Under the pieces are notes generated by a model, which was not told the DNA's origin, did not search any database, and was given only the letters and a program-made list of their open reading frames with translations. 64,000 nucleotides of DNA, from assembly GCF_041956535.1 (NCBI RefSeq), contig NW_027192213.1:261926-325925 (forward strand), written 5' to 3'. The translations under genes were made by a program, and so were the position numbers. This document shows positions 37,515-50,241 of this stretch, piece by piece; position 1 is the stretch's first letter, and each line of letters starts with the position of its first letter. Source of the DNA: Calcarisporiella thermophila CBS 279.70. Its lineage: Eukaryota > Fungi > Calcarisporiellomycota.

Positions 37515-39468
37515 ATGGGAGACATCAATGCCACTGTAGACACTAGCAAGCATGGTGCAATGTATCGATTCCTGTACTTCCTATGCCGCTATTCTTTATG
37601 GGCTTTCTTCAGAGAGCACCATGTTGTAGACAATGGTAAAGTGCCAGTGACCGGGCCAGTATTAGTGTGAGTACTTTGCTGCGAATGAGAGCAAAAACAA
37701 TTAGAATAGTAGTTTGACATCCGATTCTCTTGTCCCTATTTTATGCTGTCCTACTCCATTGATGATCGAAATCTACAGAGTCAGGTGAGTTGTTTGCTTC
37801 AATTTCGCGTATTTTTTTTTCCTCATTATTTGCGTTGGTTAGCAATCATGCTAATATGGTTGTTGATCCGGCCATTCTCATCGCCACGTTCCCACATCGG
37901 CGTCAGGTTCATTTTTGGGCATTAGCAAAGTTTTTTAAAAACAGAATCACCCGTGCCATTTTGACATCAGCCGGAGTTGTTCCCGTACAGTCCCAGAGTA
38001 AGGACCATACGAAGCTTTTCCAGTCCACTTGGGAATCGCTTGAGAAAGGAGAGGTGGTTGGACTTTTCCCAGAAGGTGCGAGCACAATAAGAGGGCGTGT
38101 TTGTATCAGTATCATTATACCGCTTTTTGTTTCTAGGTACTTCCTATACCGCTCCTCATATCCTCCCCCTGAAGGACGGCGTTTCCTGGGTACGTTTTTC
38201 CAAAATTGAATTTCAAAAGTGTCAAACTAAATCTTATTTTTCTTTTTGAAATAGGCTGCGCTGGGATACATGAAACGAATCATTGAGTCCAACCTATCCA
38301 ACAAGAAGGCACCAGTTATTATCCCAGCGGGGATTACTTATGCCAACAAGTCCAAATATCGGAGCACCGCAATTATCGAGTCAGTTTGCTTTTGCCTTAG
38401 AGGCCCAATACTCTTCTAATTCCTCTACTCCTGCACTTCTAGATATGGCGATCCGATTTTTATTGAGCCCTATGTGGAGGATTTCTTGAGAGACCCTAAA
38501 CCGGCGGTGAAGAGATTGACCAAAGAAATCCAGGAGGCTATCGAGAGAATCACCGTGAATGCGCCGGACTGGGAAACTGAGCGCGCAATGAGAACGGCTA
38601 GAAATGTCTTGTTTACCGGCAGCAATAGTATTCGGACTGTAGATTACGTTAAGATCATGCAAAGGTAGGCTCATAGGTGAATATTTAGTCCCTTTTTATC
38701 TTGATCGCTTATATCTGAGCAACATTTAGTTTCGCGAATATATTCACTAAGTGCAAAGACGATCCCAGCGTTGAACGTTTACGCTCAGTACTGCTTGAAT
38801 ATTCCCACACGCTCGATTCCCTTCGTCTCAGCAATCTTGAAGTATCGTCATATCATAAGATTAGTATTCTAAGTGCGACTTTCCGCCTAGTGCGTGTGTT
38901 CCTTGCTTTCTCGCTTGGTTTGCCTCTTTTTCTTCCAGGACTTTTGGTTCATGCGCCATTTTACTTAGCTGGCAAGTGGGCCGAGCGCAAGGAAGTATAC
39001 CTCGAACAGGTGGCTCAGGATAAGATATTCACGGCACTTGGGCTGACGCCATTCGTGTATGGTACGTTCTTCTGGCTTGTATGGCGGATTACCGGGTACT
39101 CCACCTTTGGGCTCGCATTTGCTCTACTCCTTATTCCTTCATTTGCTTGGTATCACATTTTGCTCGTGGACGATCGATATGATATGTTCAAAAACCTGGT
39201 CGCGAGTTGGAGGCTGTTTGCGTCCGTAAGTGGATGGGAGTCTGGGACAAAGCACGAAGTAGACCAGCTGGTGAGGCTACGGAGAGAGTGCAGTGAATTG
39301 TTGCGGAGCGTACTCTGGAACTTGGCGGATGTGCATCACCAACCAGACGCTTCTTATTTAGTCGAATACGCTAAGCCTCTGTTCTCGCAGGGCAATGGGA
39401 GGGCGTCCCCTTCTCTTGAAAGCGAAGATAGTATCAAGAGAAGCATGGAGAATGATAAAGATAAATGA
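37515..39468 (+). CDS. Glycerol-3-phosphate/DHAP acyltransferase (Sct1/Gpt2-like), multi-exon
   Basis: GPVLVVSNHANMVVDP (HxxxxD), VGLFPEG|TSY, PLKDGVSW, IIPAGITYANKSKYRS, ITVNAPDWET; C-terminal TM helices. Confidence 0.9.
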
Positions 39469-39953
39469 AGAAATATAATTTATATAATTTATAGATATAT
39501 CTTGTTGTTGTGTCTTCTATTCTCAACCCCCTCTTCTCCAATGATCATTCACATATGATATTCTTATTTCTCTATCTCAGTATTTTTCTTTTTAGCTCCA
39601 CACCTATACTACTACATATACCGCTTCTTACCTACTTTTCTCGATTGCCTATGCTAAAGCTTTGGTCCCCAACATAAATTAAGGCAATGCCCAAGGACAC
39701 AGGCTTTTTTTGCCACCTTCTTGCATACTGCAACGTCATCTAAATAAAATGAGAAATTGAAATGGACGGCTGCCCCTGATTTTTTTTCCTCTTTTCTTTT
39801 CTCGTCCTTTTCTTGTTTGCTTTACAAATTAATTATCGTTTTCCTTTATATTTTCTACATTTGAACGGTAACCTCTTATTTTAAATGTATATGCTAACAA
39901 AAGATGCTAAATAATTCTCTCATTTATTTCTCTAGCTTTTACAATAATAAAAG

Positions 39954-40688
39954 ATGGAAAAGTTCAAGGAGGTAAGTGTTTTTTCTATATTTCACGCGTT
40001 GCATCCTAGATGTTGGTTGTTACGGAGGTGATTTATCGTCTGTTGATAATATCAACCCTCATATTTTTTAACTCCATCATCATCTAACGCTTAAACTTTC
40101 TTTCGCCCTTGAATGATCATCTGGACCAACTAATAATCATCTGTATTTTAGAAACTCAATTCGCTCCGCGAGGAAGTCGATAAAGCCAATGTTCGTGCTG
40201 ATGAAGCAGAGCAAAAATACAAGCAGCTTGAGCAAGAGTTAACTGCCAAGGAACACGAAATCCACTCCCTTCAAAATCGCGTCACCAATCTTGAGGCTGA
40301 GCTCGATAAAGCAGAGACACGCATTCGAGATGCCAAGGCTATTGAGGAGGATGAGGCGAACTCGAAAAACCAGAATGAGGCTTTACTGCGAAAAATCGAC
40401 ATGCTCGAACGAGCTCTCGAGGAGGCGGAAAAGAACCAGCGTGAGGCGATGACCAAGTACGTACATATTTTCTACTAGTTGTATTAGAAACACAATGAAA
40501 TTCATATATACCATCGCGTCAACAGCTTCCGTGATGCTGACGTCAAGGCTGAGCAACTCGAGCGCAAAATTCAGTCTCTAGAGAACGAGCGTAATGAACT
40601 CGAGAGGAAGAACGAAGAGCTTTTGGAGAAGCACAAGAAAACCGAAGCCGAACTCGAAGCCCTCACGAAGCAATTGGAGGATTTGTAA
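39954..40688 (+). CDS. TPM1: Tropomyosin, 3 exons (absent from the ORF track)
   Basis: MEKFKE|KLNSLREEVDKANVRADEAEQKYKQLEQE..KEHEIHSLQNR..LLRKIDMLERALEEAE..|FRDADVKAEQLERKIQSLE..ELEALTKQLEDL*. Confidence 0.93.
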
Positions 40689-40938
40689 AGGGAACGGATT
40701 TTCTTTCTTTTCATTTATAGTTTTTTTTATAATTTTCTGGAAATTATTTTTGGTCATCTTAACAATAAAACGCAATAGCCTCTTCTCAATAACACCATTT
40801 AAAATTATTGACAAAGTGCTCGGAGTAAAGTCGATAGATTTATTTTGTAAATGTTCGATAAACGCGACGGTGATGAGTTGGTAAAGACGATTGCATGTTG
40901 CCGTATATACAGGAATCATAAAATAAATAATCTAAACA

Positions 40939-43377
40939 TCACTCGTCTGACTTTTTGGCTTTCTTTTTCTTTTTCTTTTTCCCTGATTCTTGGGTCGTAT
41001 CTGTTTGCTTCTCGGCTCCATTATCGCTTATGTCCTGGCTTTCTTCTCTGCTCCGTTTTACGCCTTTGGTGGAGGTGGATTTAGAAGAGGGTAGCCGCCA
41101 TTTCTTGTTTGGAATTGCTTCCATTTCTTCCCGATGCTGTTGCTGTAGCTTCATCCTAAACATGCGCAGTCTCTTCTTTTTGGAGTATTTACGCAAGTCA
41201 TGTTCCTCCTTCTCTGGTGGACGATAGGGTGCAATCTTCTTGAGCGAAACAAACTCGTTCAGCTCCTGATCATCAGCCAGTAAAATCTCGACTGGTGTTA
41301 GGCCATAGCTTGCCGGCTTAACTTGACGATACTTGAAGCGAGTGGGCTGGTCGCCAACCTAATAAAATGGAGCTATATTAAGGCCCATTGCAAACGGCGG
41401 ACTCTATATTTATAGTTACCATATCCTCGTAATCGAGTTGATGGTATTCCTCCAAGTATTTCTCGAAGTCTTTTTTCGAGATTTTATCTCCCGCTTTTGA
41501 ACTTGTCGCTTCGTGTCCTTGTGTGGTACCTTCGTCATATGCGTCTCCTCCCGGTAGATAGTCAGCATCCATGATAAAATCGCCATCTTCATCTGGCTGC
41601 TTCTCTTTCTCTTTCTTCTTCTTCTTCTTCTTCTTCTTGCCATCTTCTGGAGCAGCAGTCTCCTCTACCTCTGATTGCACATTTGGTGCTACCTTCGCAC
41701 TGCTCTCGACTTCATTTCCTACGATGTCGCTAATATCAATGTCATCATCCCAGGTTGGCTTCGCATTCTTGTCCTATTAGAATAAAATCATGATATGTAC
41801 CGAACTTACTAAAACAACAGATTCACACGTTCAACCTACCTCTTGCTCATAGTAGTCGTCATCAAACATCTTTGACATTTTTTCGTCATACTTATCAGGA
41901 TCAAACTCCCCTTCTAAGTCTACCTCGTCTAATCCGACAGCTAGAATTTTCATACATTAATAAAGATGTAAATAATCAATAATTATGACACTAAAAAAAC
42001 CTACATGTATTTCCGGTGATCTCTTGAATTTGCTTCAACTTCTCGAAGATTTCCTTCTTCTTAAGGTTCTTGAGTCTCTTCAACTCCTCTTTCTTTTGCA
42101 ACTTCTCCTCTTCTTTACGCTGTTTAAGGGCTTCACGCTTCTGTTTGCGTTTATCATCCTTTCGACGAACGGAGCCTTCCACATTACGCGAATAAGTCAT
42201 GATCTCTGTAGCTCCCCTAATGAGGTAGTATAATTGGGTAAGAAATTGGATCATATGAAAAAGATTAGACAACTTACTGTTCCTCAAACCGGAAATTATA
42301 CTGACTCTCGAATCGGTCAGCTTCCTCCAGCTGCTCCTCGTCCTCGGTATCGTGATGTTCTCCCACAATCTCTTGGTATGAGGGTACGCGCTTCGCCGAT
42401 TTATCGATCCATCCCCGGTTAAGGATATAATCCATAAGGAATTTTTCGTCTTCATCAATCTGCGAATTGTTCTGATAATTTCGCCATTCCTGGAATGCCT
42501 CCATGCCGTTATCCTCCTACGATTTCAATAAAAAAGAACAACAACGTATTAGACATCAACTCCAAAACCAATAATGAAATAACGCTTACTGTCATATTCT
42601 CCAACAAAAATTGTCGATATGCCTCCTCCTCTTCCTCCAACTCCTCTTTTGATTTCACTCGCTTCTGGAAGAAATTATCCCCCTCTTCTTCCATGTCTTC
42701 CTCATCTCCATCACCAGTGCTAGCATGAAATGCTGCCGTCACCTCCTTACGTATTGCCTCTTGCTCCTCAGTATGTGTCATAGCATTTCCATCCTCCTCC
42801 TCAATAATCCCACCATCCTCAAGTAGCACTTTACGGTGATAATCTTTGAGACGCACAGGTTTTTCCGCCGTAGTCTGCTTTTCCTTCCATTTCTTGCGAG
42901 CATTTTCCACTGCTTCGTCTAGATGATGCTCACTATGATCAGTCATAATATTTACCATGAATTTTGCAATAGTAAAATTTACCAGAAAAAAAGGCTGTAT
43001 TATTTTCGTAAATTTTCGGATTCTTTGTTCGAATGGCAGCAATTGTTTTGAGAATCTGAGCGTCAATTTCTGGCGTCACTAGTTCCCCAAACTCATCTTC
43101 CTCGACATCCTCCTCTGAATCCTCATCCTCAAAATCCTCCAACGTTGCATCTTTGCCATATTTTTCCTGTACTAATTTTGCAAACGAGTAAAGGTAGTAG
43201 GTTTAGTCTATTGGAAAGGAAGGCATAGGAAATGGACGAGGGCCCGACAAAGATATCAAATCGCTTACGTTTCGATAATTCTTCCCCTCGCTTCTTCTCC
43301 TCGTACTTCTTCGCATAGGCCTCATTGATGGTGAGGGAATTCTCCTCCGCAGTGTCGTCGAAAATTATTTTTGGCAT
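40939..43377 (-). CDS. KRI1: KRI1 (40S biogenesis, Krr1-interacting), multi-exon
   Basis: LTINEAYAKKYEEKKRGEELS; EIDAQILKTIAAIR; FLMDYILNRGW; FESQYNFRFEE; TYSRNVEGSVRR; LDYEDM|VGDQPTRFKYR..YGLTPVEILLADDQELNEFVSLKKIAPYR. Confidence 0.96.
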
Positions 43378-43639
43378 CGCCTTAAAATCTCCCGGCTAAA
43401 TCGATTCAAAGAATTCTGAGATAACTTAGAGGTGTGGCCAGACTGTGACTTTTAAATTGAATGTAAACATCAGTATGTGACGGTCGAGGCGAAGTCATCA
43501 GAAATCAATCAAGATCCATTGAAAAGGTAAAATTGAAGGTACATAGGAATAGAAATATCTATAGTAGCGTCAGATATCCAACGCAATACATTTATTTAAT
43601 ATCAACAGCACAAAATATAGTAGAAAGGGTTTATGAATT

Positions 43640-44126
43640 TCAAATGTCAAAGTTTGACGGATTGTTGCCATTTTCGCGCTGCTCATCCCAACGAGAGATC
43701 TGCCAAATTCAAAAAAAAAGAGAGGGTTATAGTTAGGATGACTATCGTAACTGCAAATTCTTAATAAAAAAAATTGCATACCCATTCATTGGGGCACAGG
43801 CTGTGATAAGCTTTCCAGAACTGTTTGCAAGGGGGGAAATCTTCACCACGGGCCTTAATGCACTTGTAGTAATCTACATAGTTTTGCCAGCAGTGCTTAG
43901 TTTGGTTCTGGTTAGGGAAGCTATAGAAAAAGGGATGATAATAAGCATCAACCATTCTCTCTAATGGATCTTTAATGTACTTACCGGGCATCAAAACCAG
44001 CTATTCATCAAAAGAAAAAAATTAATCAGTTGGCGGATCTCAAAAATCGACAGACACCAAATAATAGTAGGATGAAGATGCCAGATGCCTACCTGTGGAA
44101 AGAGTGACAGACTGTGCTTCAGACAT
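43640..44126 (-). CDS. COX12: Cytochrome c oxidase subunit 6B, 4 exons incl. a 16-nt exon
   Basis: LSTA|GFDAR|FPNQNQTKHCWQNYVDYYKC..CKQFWKAYHSLCPNEW|ISRWDEQRENG. Confidence 0.97.
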
Positions 44127-44330
44127 TTTTAAAATAAAGTAGCTTTGGGCTTTTGGATCGCTAATTGGAAGGAAAAGATGGACCTTTTTTCGGGTTGCAA
44201 ACAAATAACACCCCCCTGCGATATTTATTCAAAACCAAAAGCTGCGCCACATTTTTTCTATTCTTCCTCAAGTGTGAACAAACATAGTTTTATTTTATAT
44301 AATAGAAAACAAGGAAAAGAAAAACAATAT

Positions 44331-45290
44331 CTAAGCGGATTTAGAGGAGACAATACGTTCTACATCTTGAATGCTTTGGGCAAGAATTTGATCTTGCAGC
44401 TTGGGGTTCTGAAGCTCTGCCATAACCTTTTCAATCACGGATTTCGCGAGGTTCTTCTGTTCACGCTCGCGAACGGAAGATTCGTAGCGTACCCAAGAGT
44501 CGAGCACACTTTTAACCTCCTGGGCCATGGCAACACGCTGCTTAAGCTCGAAGATTTCAGCCTCCATTTGGGCGGTTTCCTAAATACAATGATATGGATT
44601 TAAGAGGGGAATGAAGATAGTGCCAGGCTTTAATATGGAGGAATACCTTAGAAATAGTGAAAAGTCCCTTAGTCACATCAACAACATCCTTCATCTGTCC
44701 AACCTGTTCAATACGATCTTGAACGGCGCTCTTGTGGTCCTCGCGAGCTTGGGTGAGAATTTCACGTTGGCGCTATATGGGGAATAAATATTATTAATCA
44801 CCTACTCTGGATTACTCGAAACCTTGGTAAAATTGAGCATTACATTAATGTGCGCATCAGCCCACTCAACATATGGCTGGCGCAAGAATTTGCCAATAGA
44901 ATACACCAAACCACCAAAGCAGAGAAGCACAAGGGTCTCCTCATTGAATACATAGAGTTCCTTCGAGATGGCAAAGGTGGTCAAACCAGTACCCAAAGTA
45001 AGATAACCAGTCTTGGAGATGAGAGAGTTGCCAGGGAGAGAATCGATGATGCTCAAGGCTTTCTTGCGAGGCTCACTCTCGACAGCAGCCTTCTCTGATT
45101 GCTGACCTTGTGTAGCAGCAGAGTAGGTGCGCACAGCAGCGGTAGCAGCAGGACGGGCAGAAATGCTGAGCAATGGCTGGGTAGCTATAAAAATTAATCG
45201 CAGATTAACATGATGAAATGACCACATAAATAGCCCAGTTTAGCAAAACAACTTACCCACGGCAGAGCGATTCAAGAGACGAAGAGCCAT
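44331..45290 (-). CDS. ATP4: ATP synthase F0 subunit b, 4 exons
   Basis: MALRLLNRSAV; PRKKALSIIDSLPGNSLISKTG; AISKELYVFNEET; VKSVLDSWVRYE..REREQ. Confidence 0.97.
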
Positions 45291-45487
45291 GCCGAATGGA
45301 ATATTAACTAACAGGATGAAAAATAGTGATTAATTGTTGAATTCAAACACATCGATGAGAAGGATATTTGTGCCTAGTTGCATTTTTTTTTAAGCCAATC
45401 GACATTTCAAAACATAAACATTTTCAGCCCCATCGTTTTGCACACTCACCTACTTATATAATGTGCCTGATGCAGAGTCGTCGCGAC

Positions 45488-45590
45488 ACGCAAACAGTAA
45501 CTGGTGAAAAAAAAAAGTAATTAAAAAGATTACTCGACACTGTTTGCGTTTACACCCGAATGTTGGCCAGGGGGTCTTGTGTGACGTCAC
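45488..45590. promoter_or_regulatory. Bidirectional ATP4/TIP20 promoter elements: inverted pair ACGCAAACAGT and a CRE palindrome GTGACGTCAC
   Basis: ACGCAAACAGT 45488-45498, its reverse complement 45539-45549; GTGACGTCAC 45581-45590. Confidence 0.5.
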
Positions 45591-45662
45591 GGAGGCTTAG
45601 ACATATAATATAGGATGATTTGGTGGCGAACAGTAATATAGGAGAGCATAGGAGTGCTGATA

Positions 45663-48600
45663 ATGGGGAAAATTTCTACCGCGCAAGACACGTCTCAGTT
45701 GTTAGCTGATATAGAATCAAAAGTATCAGCATCAGCCAAGACTAAAGAAGATGAAGATATTGCTTACGCAGTAGCGAGTTTTCTAAATGAACAATTTGTT
45801 ACGACAGAGGATCTTTTTACAAATGATAAATTAGAGCGAACACTGATAGCACAGAAGAAGCAGGTTGATGAGATTGAAAAGAAGGTTTGAGCATTCACAA
45901 ATCATATATTTGTGTTGATATTTTGCTTAAAGAAATACCCCTTATTATTTTTCAGTTCTCCGCAGTGAAAAAGTCTACTTCTGATGCCTTATCAAGATGT
46001 CTAAAGAAATCTCGAGAAACGCTCGACGTTCTCGACAAACTTCAAACGACAAGAATGGATTTAGAAGATGAAATATTGGACTATAACGAATCGCGTCCTC
46101 AGACCGGTATCAATAGGCTTACAGCTGTAGACGAATTCGCGGCTATGCAAGCTGAACTGCAGACTTTAGAGCGAACTCGGTATTATCTACGACTTCTGGT
46201 TTCGGCTGAACATTTAAAGTATACTCATTTATACGTGCATTTTTACAAGCATGATTTTAATTTTATAATTTTGACAAAAAACAAACGACCATCAGATCCC
46301 AATCTCTTCAGCTAGTAGAAAAAACTCCACGGAAGGCGTTAAAGCCCTATTCACAACTAGTTAAACTGGAAGATATGCTAAGGAAGCACCTTAAAGAATC
46401 ATGGCCACGATTGAGGGAACACTTGGTTGACGTGAGGAAATCTCTTTGGGAAGACCTCAAAAAAATTCTTTCAGGGTATGTATTTATTTAGAACTCCAAT
46501 GCAAAGGATTATCTTTAACATTCTTTGTAGCAATTTCCGAAAAGTATTGGAATCAATTCAATGGCCTGCACCCATGAAACCACCGTTTACTCAACTCACC
46601 GCCGAAAAATGGGAGGCTTTTCAACAAGCTTTTCTAGATCTACTTTTGCTTCAGCAGCCGTAATTGAACTGTTTACCTGAAGAGTTTTTGGAGTGTATCT
46701 AATCTCTATTGAAATAATTAAGGCCTAGCACAATCCCTGATGAAGGTCCTGCAATTGAACTTCCTCCTTTACTTCCTATAGAGGTGATGGTTGAGCCTAT
46801 CGGTGTTAGATTCAAATATCATTTCGATGGAAAAAGGCCTACCAATCGGATAGATAAAGTAATGCCTCTAAACTCTCATTTAAATATCTTAGTGAAATTA
46901 TTGACCCTATTTTTCATAAAATTCTCATGATATCATGATATAGCCCGAATGGTTTTTTTCCTATATTCTTACATCCATCCGCGATCACAATATATTTTTA
47001 TCTACCAAAATTCAGGATATCGTTGACGAGGCCGGCTATGGAGTGTATGATACGAGGGTAATAAAATTATAATTGTATTCTTTAACCCTTGATTATATTT
47101 ATATGACTTTTCTATTTAAGAACGATTTTGTTAGAGGGCTCCTAACTCTGGTTGAAGGCAAATTGGAACGCACTCTTCCAAACCTTCTTGAGACACCTTC
47201 ATATCTTTCTCACACTGTCTATGAGACTCTGCTGTTTGATCAGACTCTGCGAGAATTTCATCAATATTACCCGCCAGGTACTGACGACTGGCAAGGCGGA
47301 TGCGTGGAGGTAATTACCGGACGACATGAATGGTTTTCCGCTTGGTTCGACATGGAGAAGGAATTCGCACTTTCGAGATACAGGGAAATTATTGAATCTC
47401 CAGACGCATGGGAATTGCAATATGAAGAAGTAGAGGAATATGAGGAACTTAGGCCAACTCGATCCGCAGAGGCATTAATGACCCTCTTAGAGATTATTAC
47501 TGGTAATACCTTATTCTTAAACGAGTCATTTAATTAATGTGTATTAATTTAAATATTCAATTCTCAGACCGATACCGTCAACTCCCTTCCTTCGACCAGC
47601 GAATCCATTTTCTCATGGAAATTCAGATTCATCTCCTTTCGTCTTACCGTGCTCGGATCGAATCCGCTGTGGATGCGTTTGATACCCTTAATTCGGCATT
47701 TGTACGTGCGGTCCCTGGTTCGCTGAATGAGCAAGCACGCACGTCGACAGGAGGCGTAGAAGGATTGAAGAGGCTCACCCGGTGGATATCCAGTGCTAAA
47801 TATGTTAGCCGCATCCTGCAAGTGTGGGAGGAGGAACCCTTCTTTATTGAGCTATGGCAGGAATTATCAGAGAGAGCTCGCAAACGAACCTCTCACGGCT
47901 TATTTGAGATGACAGAGGGCATGGACCGGCGATCGGCCGAAGTTAAAGAAGAAGAGGAGGAATCAATTTTTGACGAAATGATTGTGGCATATGAAAAAAT
48001 ATACTCACGAATTGAGCAGATCATGGTGGAGAGTGCAACCAGGGATTTTACAAGCTTATTGAAATCCTATCGCTCCAAACGGGATTGGTCCGCGTCGCCA
48101 AGTTTGCTTGAGGTTGCAGCCGCTTCACTTGCAGGTCAGGTCGAACCTCAAGTTTCTCAAGAGCTTTTCCCAGCGCTGACAGAGCTCGCCAAATCCCTTG
48201 ACTATCTTTCAAGCACTATCCCGGATACTCTATTTGCATCACTTGCTGAAAAAATTGCAAAGGAAACTGATCAGTGGATTTGGCGACAGGTAATATTGCG
48301 TAACCAGTTTTCCGAAATGGGGGCTTATCAGTTGAAGACGGATTATGAGATGGGGATATTGCCAGCATGGAGACAATGGTTGATACATCCAGAGGAGCAG
48401 TTGGCACGGGTAAGAGAGTCGATAACACTATTATCACTGCCTCGAGAGGTGAAGCAGCGGAGTGAAGAAAAGAGAGAAACAAAAGTACAAGATGAAGAGG
48501 AGCGACTCCCTGAAACTCTCTCAGAAGTGTACAATTTACTCTGCTACGTTGTGGATGTAGACGAAGAAGGCGAAGCTGCCCAGCGGGCAAGAGCGCTTAT

Positions 48601-48682
48601 GAACAGCTTGGAAATCGATACGTTAGATGTTAGAGAGGCTTGTGAGGTGGTAACTCGAAGGGTGGATGGTGACTGGTTGTAG
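45663..48682 (+). CDS. TIP20: RINT1/Tip20 (Dsl1/NRZ tethering complex), multi-exon
   Basis: LESIQWP; LLPIEVMVEPIGVRFKYHFDGKRPTNRIDK|PEWFF; LSHTVYETLLFD; WFDMEKEFALSRY; |DRYRQLPSF..FLMEIQI; FSEMGAYQLKTD. Confidence 0.94.
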
Positions 48683-50241
48683 TTTATTATTTAGATATTG
48701 TATACCTTATTATCCTTTAACAAAAGATCCTGCACCGGCTTATCAACAGCAAATAATAAAAAAAAAAAATGCAATTACAATTAAACAAAGAAATTGCAAG
48801 TAAGATCGATCAAAAACATTAGTGAATTGGAATAGCTGATGAACGGCCTCTAAAGGCATACAAAATAATTTCCCTTTATTCTATGCTTTCAGGCAATTCA
48901 ACACACTTGGAAGGGGTAATTGTATGCATCTACGTTTAACAAGATATTCTTTTCCTTTAAAGGCCTCGAATTCTTCCGGAAATCTAGGTTCTTGATTGAT
49001 TTCAATAGTGAAATAGGATTAGTAGAGATAGGGTATAGCAGTACAATGTAAAATGTAAAATGATCAAATATCCCTTCAGCTTAAGTTGTTGTTGAACTTG
49101 GTGTTGAAAAAATTAAAACAATTTGTAGGTCTTTCGCCATCCTCTCTTTTATTTCTCGACCCACTTCGCTCTAAACCACCTCTATTTTTGAACACGCGTC
49201 AAGAGAAATGACTGCTGACCCAATGCGTTTGGACCATTTCCAAATCGATCTTTCTAATCAACGTTCTTTAAGTGCGAATATGTCACGAAGCACTAGAGTC
49301 TAGATACATAGTTGTGCAGCTTCGGATTTCTCTCAATCAGATCGAGATGATTCTACGCGAGAATATCAGCACAGAATTAGGTCGTTTGTGTTAAATCGAT
49401 ACTTCAAAGGGATGTCATGATTCGAAAGTAGCCATTGAATACCCTATTATAATATCTGCTCACAAATATATATAATTCTACTCACGACCATAGAATAGAC
49501 AAGTTCATGTTAAACTTTGCCGATATAATATGTGCCATGTTCAGAAGTGCCATAGCCGGCTAAAGATTTTACGAACTAGTGAGCACAAGAGTAGTCCTGC
49601 TTTCTAATCTAGTAAAAGAATTACCCCGAAAATAGAAAGATTCACTCAAGAGCAATCATAGGAACGATCACACGCTCACTACTGATTACAATGAAGGCTA
49701 AGTATAGACCTGAATAATAGTTTTAGTTGCTCATTCTATATGATCGTTTTTGCAAAATTTCGCGGGCTAAATACCAAACTTAGTACTGCGACTGGAATTC
49801 TAATGTGGTTCATAACTCGAAATTGGATTGAATAGATTTCATTCCAATTGGGACTTGATAATGTAACCTCTAGCTAAGTGGCCTTTTAATTGCATTCCAG
49901 AAAACTTGCGAAGGCAATGACGATCCGGGGATAGAATATCATAATCACCTCTAGGATAAGAGCAGTTTCTAAGCAGTATGCAAATGAAGTCTTCTGACTC
50001 AGCGTTCATGGTTTTAAATTTAAACGTACACCATTTAAAATGGCTCTCTCTTTTTCTACAAACCATCCATATATATATTAAAAGAGAGGAGGTGAAACTT
50101 CTTTTATTAGCTTTTTAAAGTGTTAAATTTGCAAATTAGGTTTGTCAAGCTGAACCTGAAATCTTTCATACGTTATGGTCTCTAGTTAAAAGAGCAGAAT
50201 TAAGGTGATTACAAATCCAATCAAAACAAACCACCAGGAAA

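Noticed and set aside
41613-41638. (TTC)n microsatellite
   Set aside because: Simply encodes the poly-Lys run of KRI1.
48700-50200. Possible cryptic gene or transposon relic in the 1.5-kb gap (short frames near 49208-49395; ORF 49839-50066)
   Set aside because: No consistent splice model, motif, terminal repeats or TSDs.
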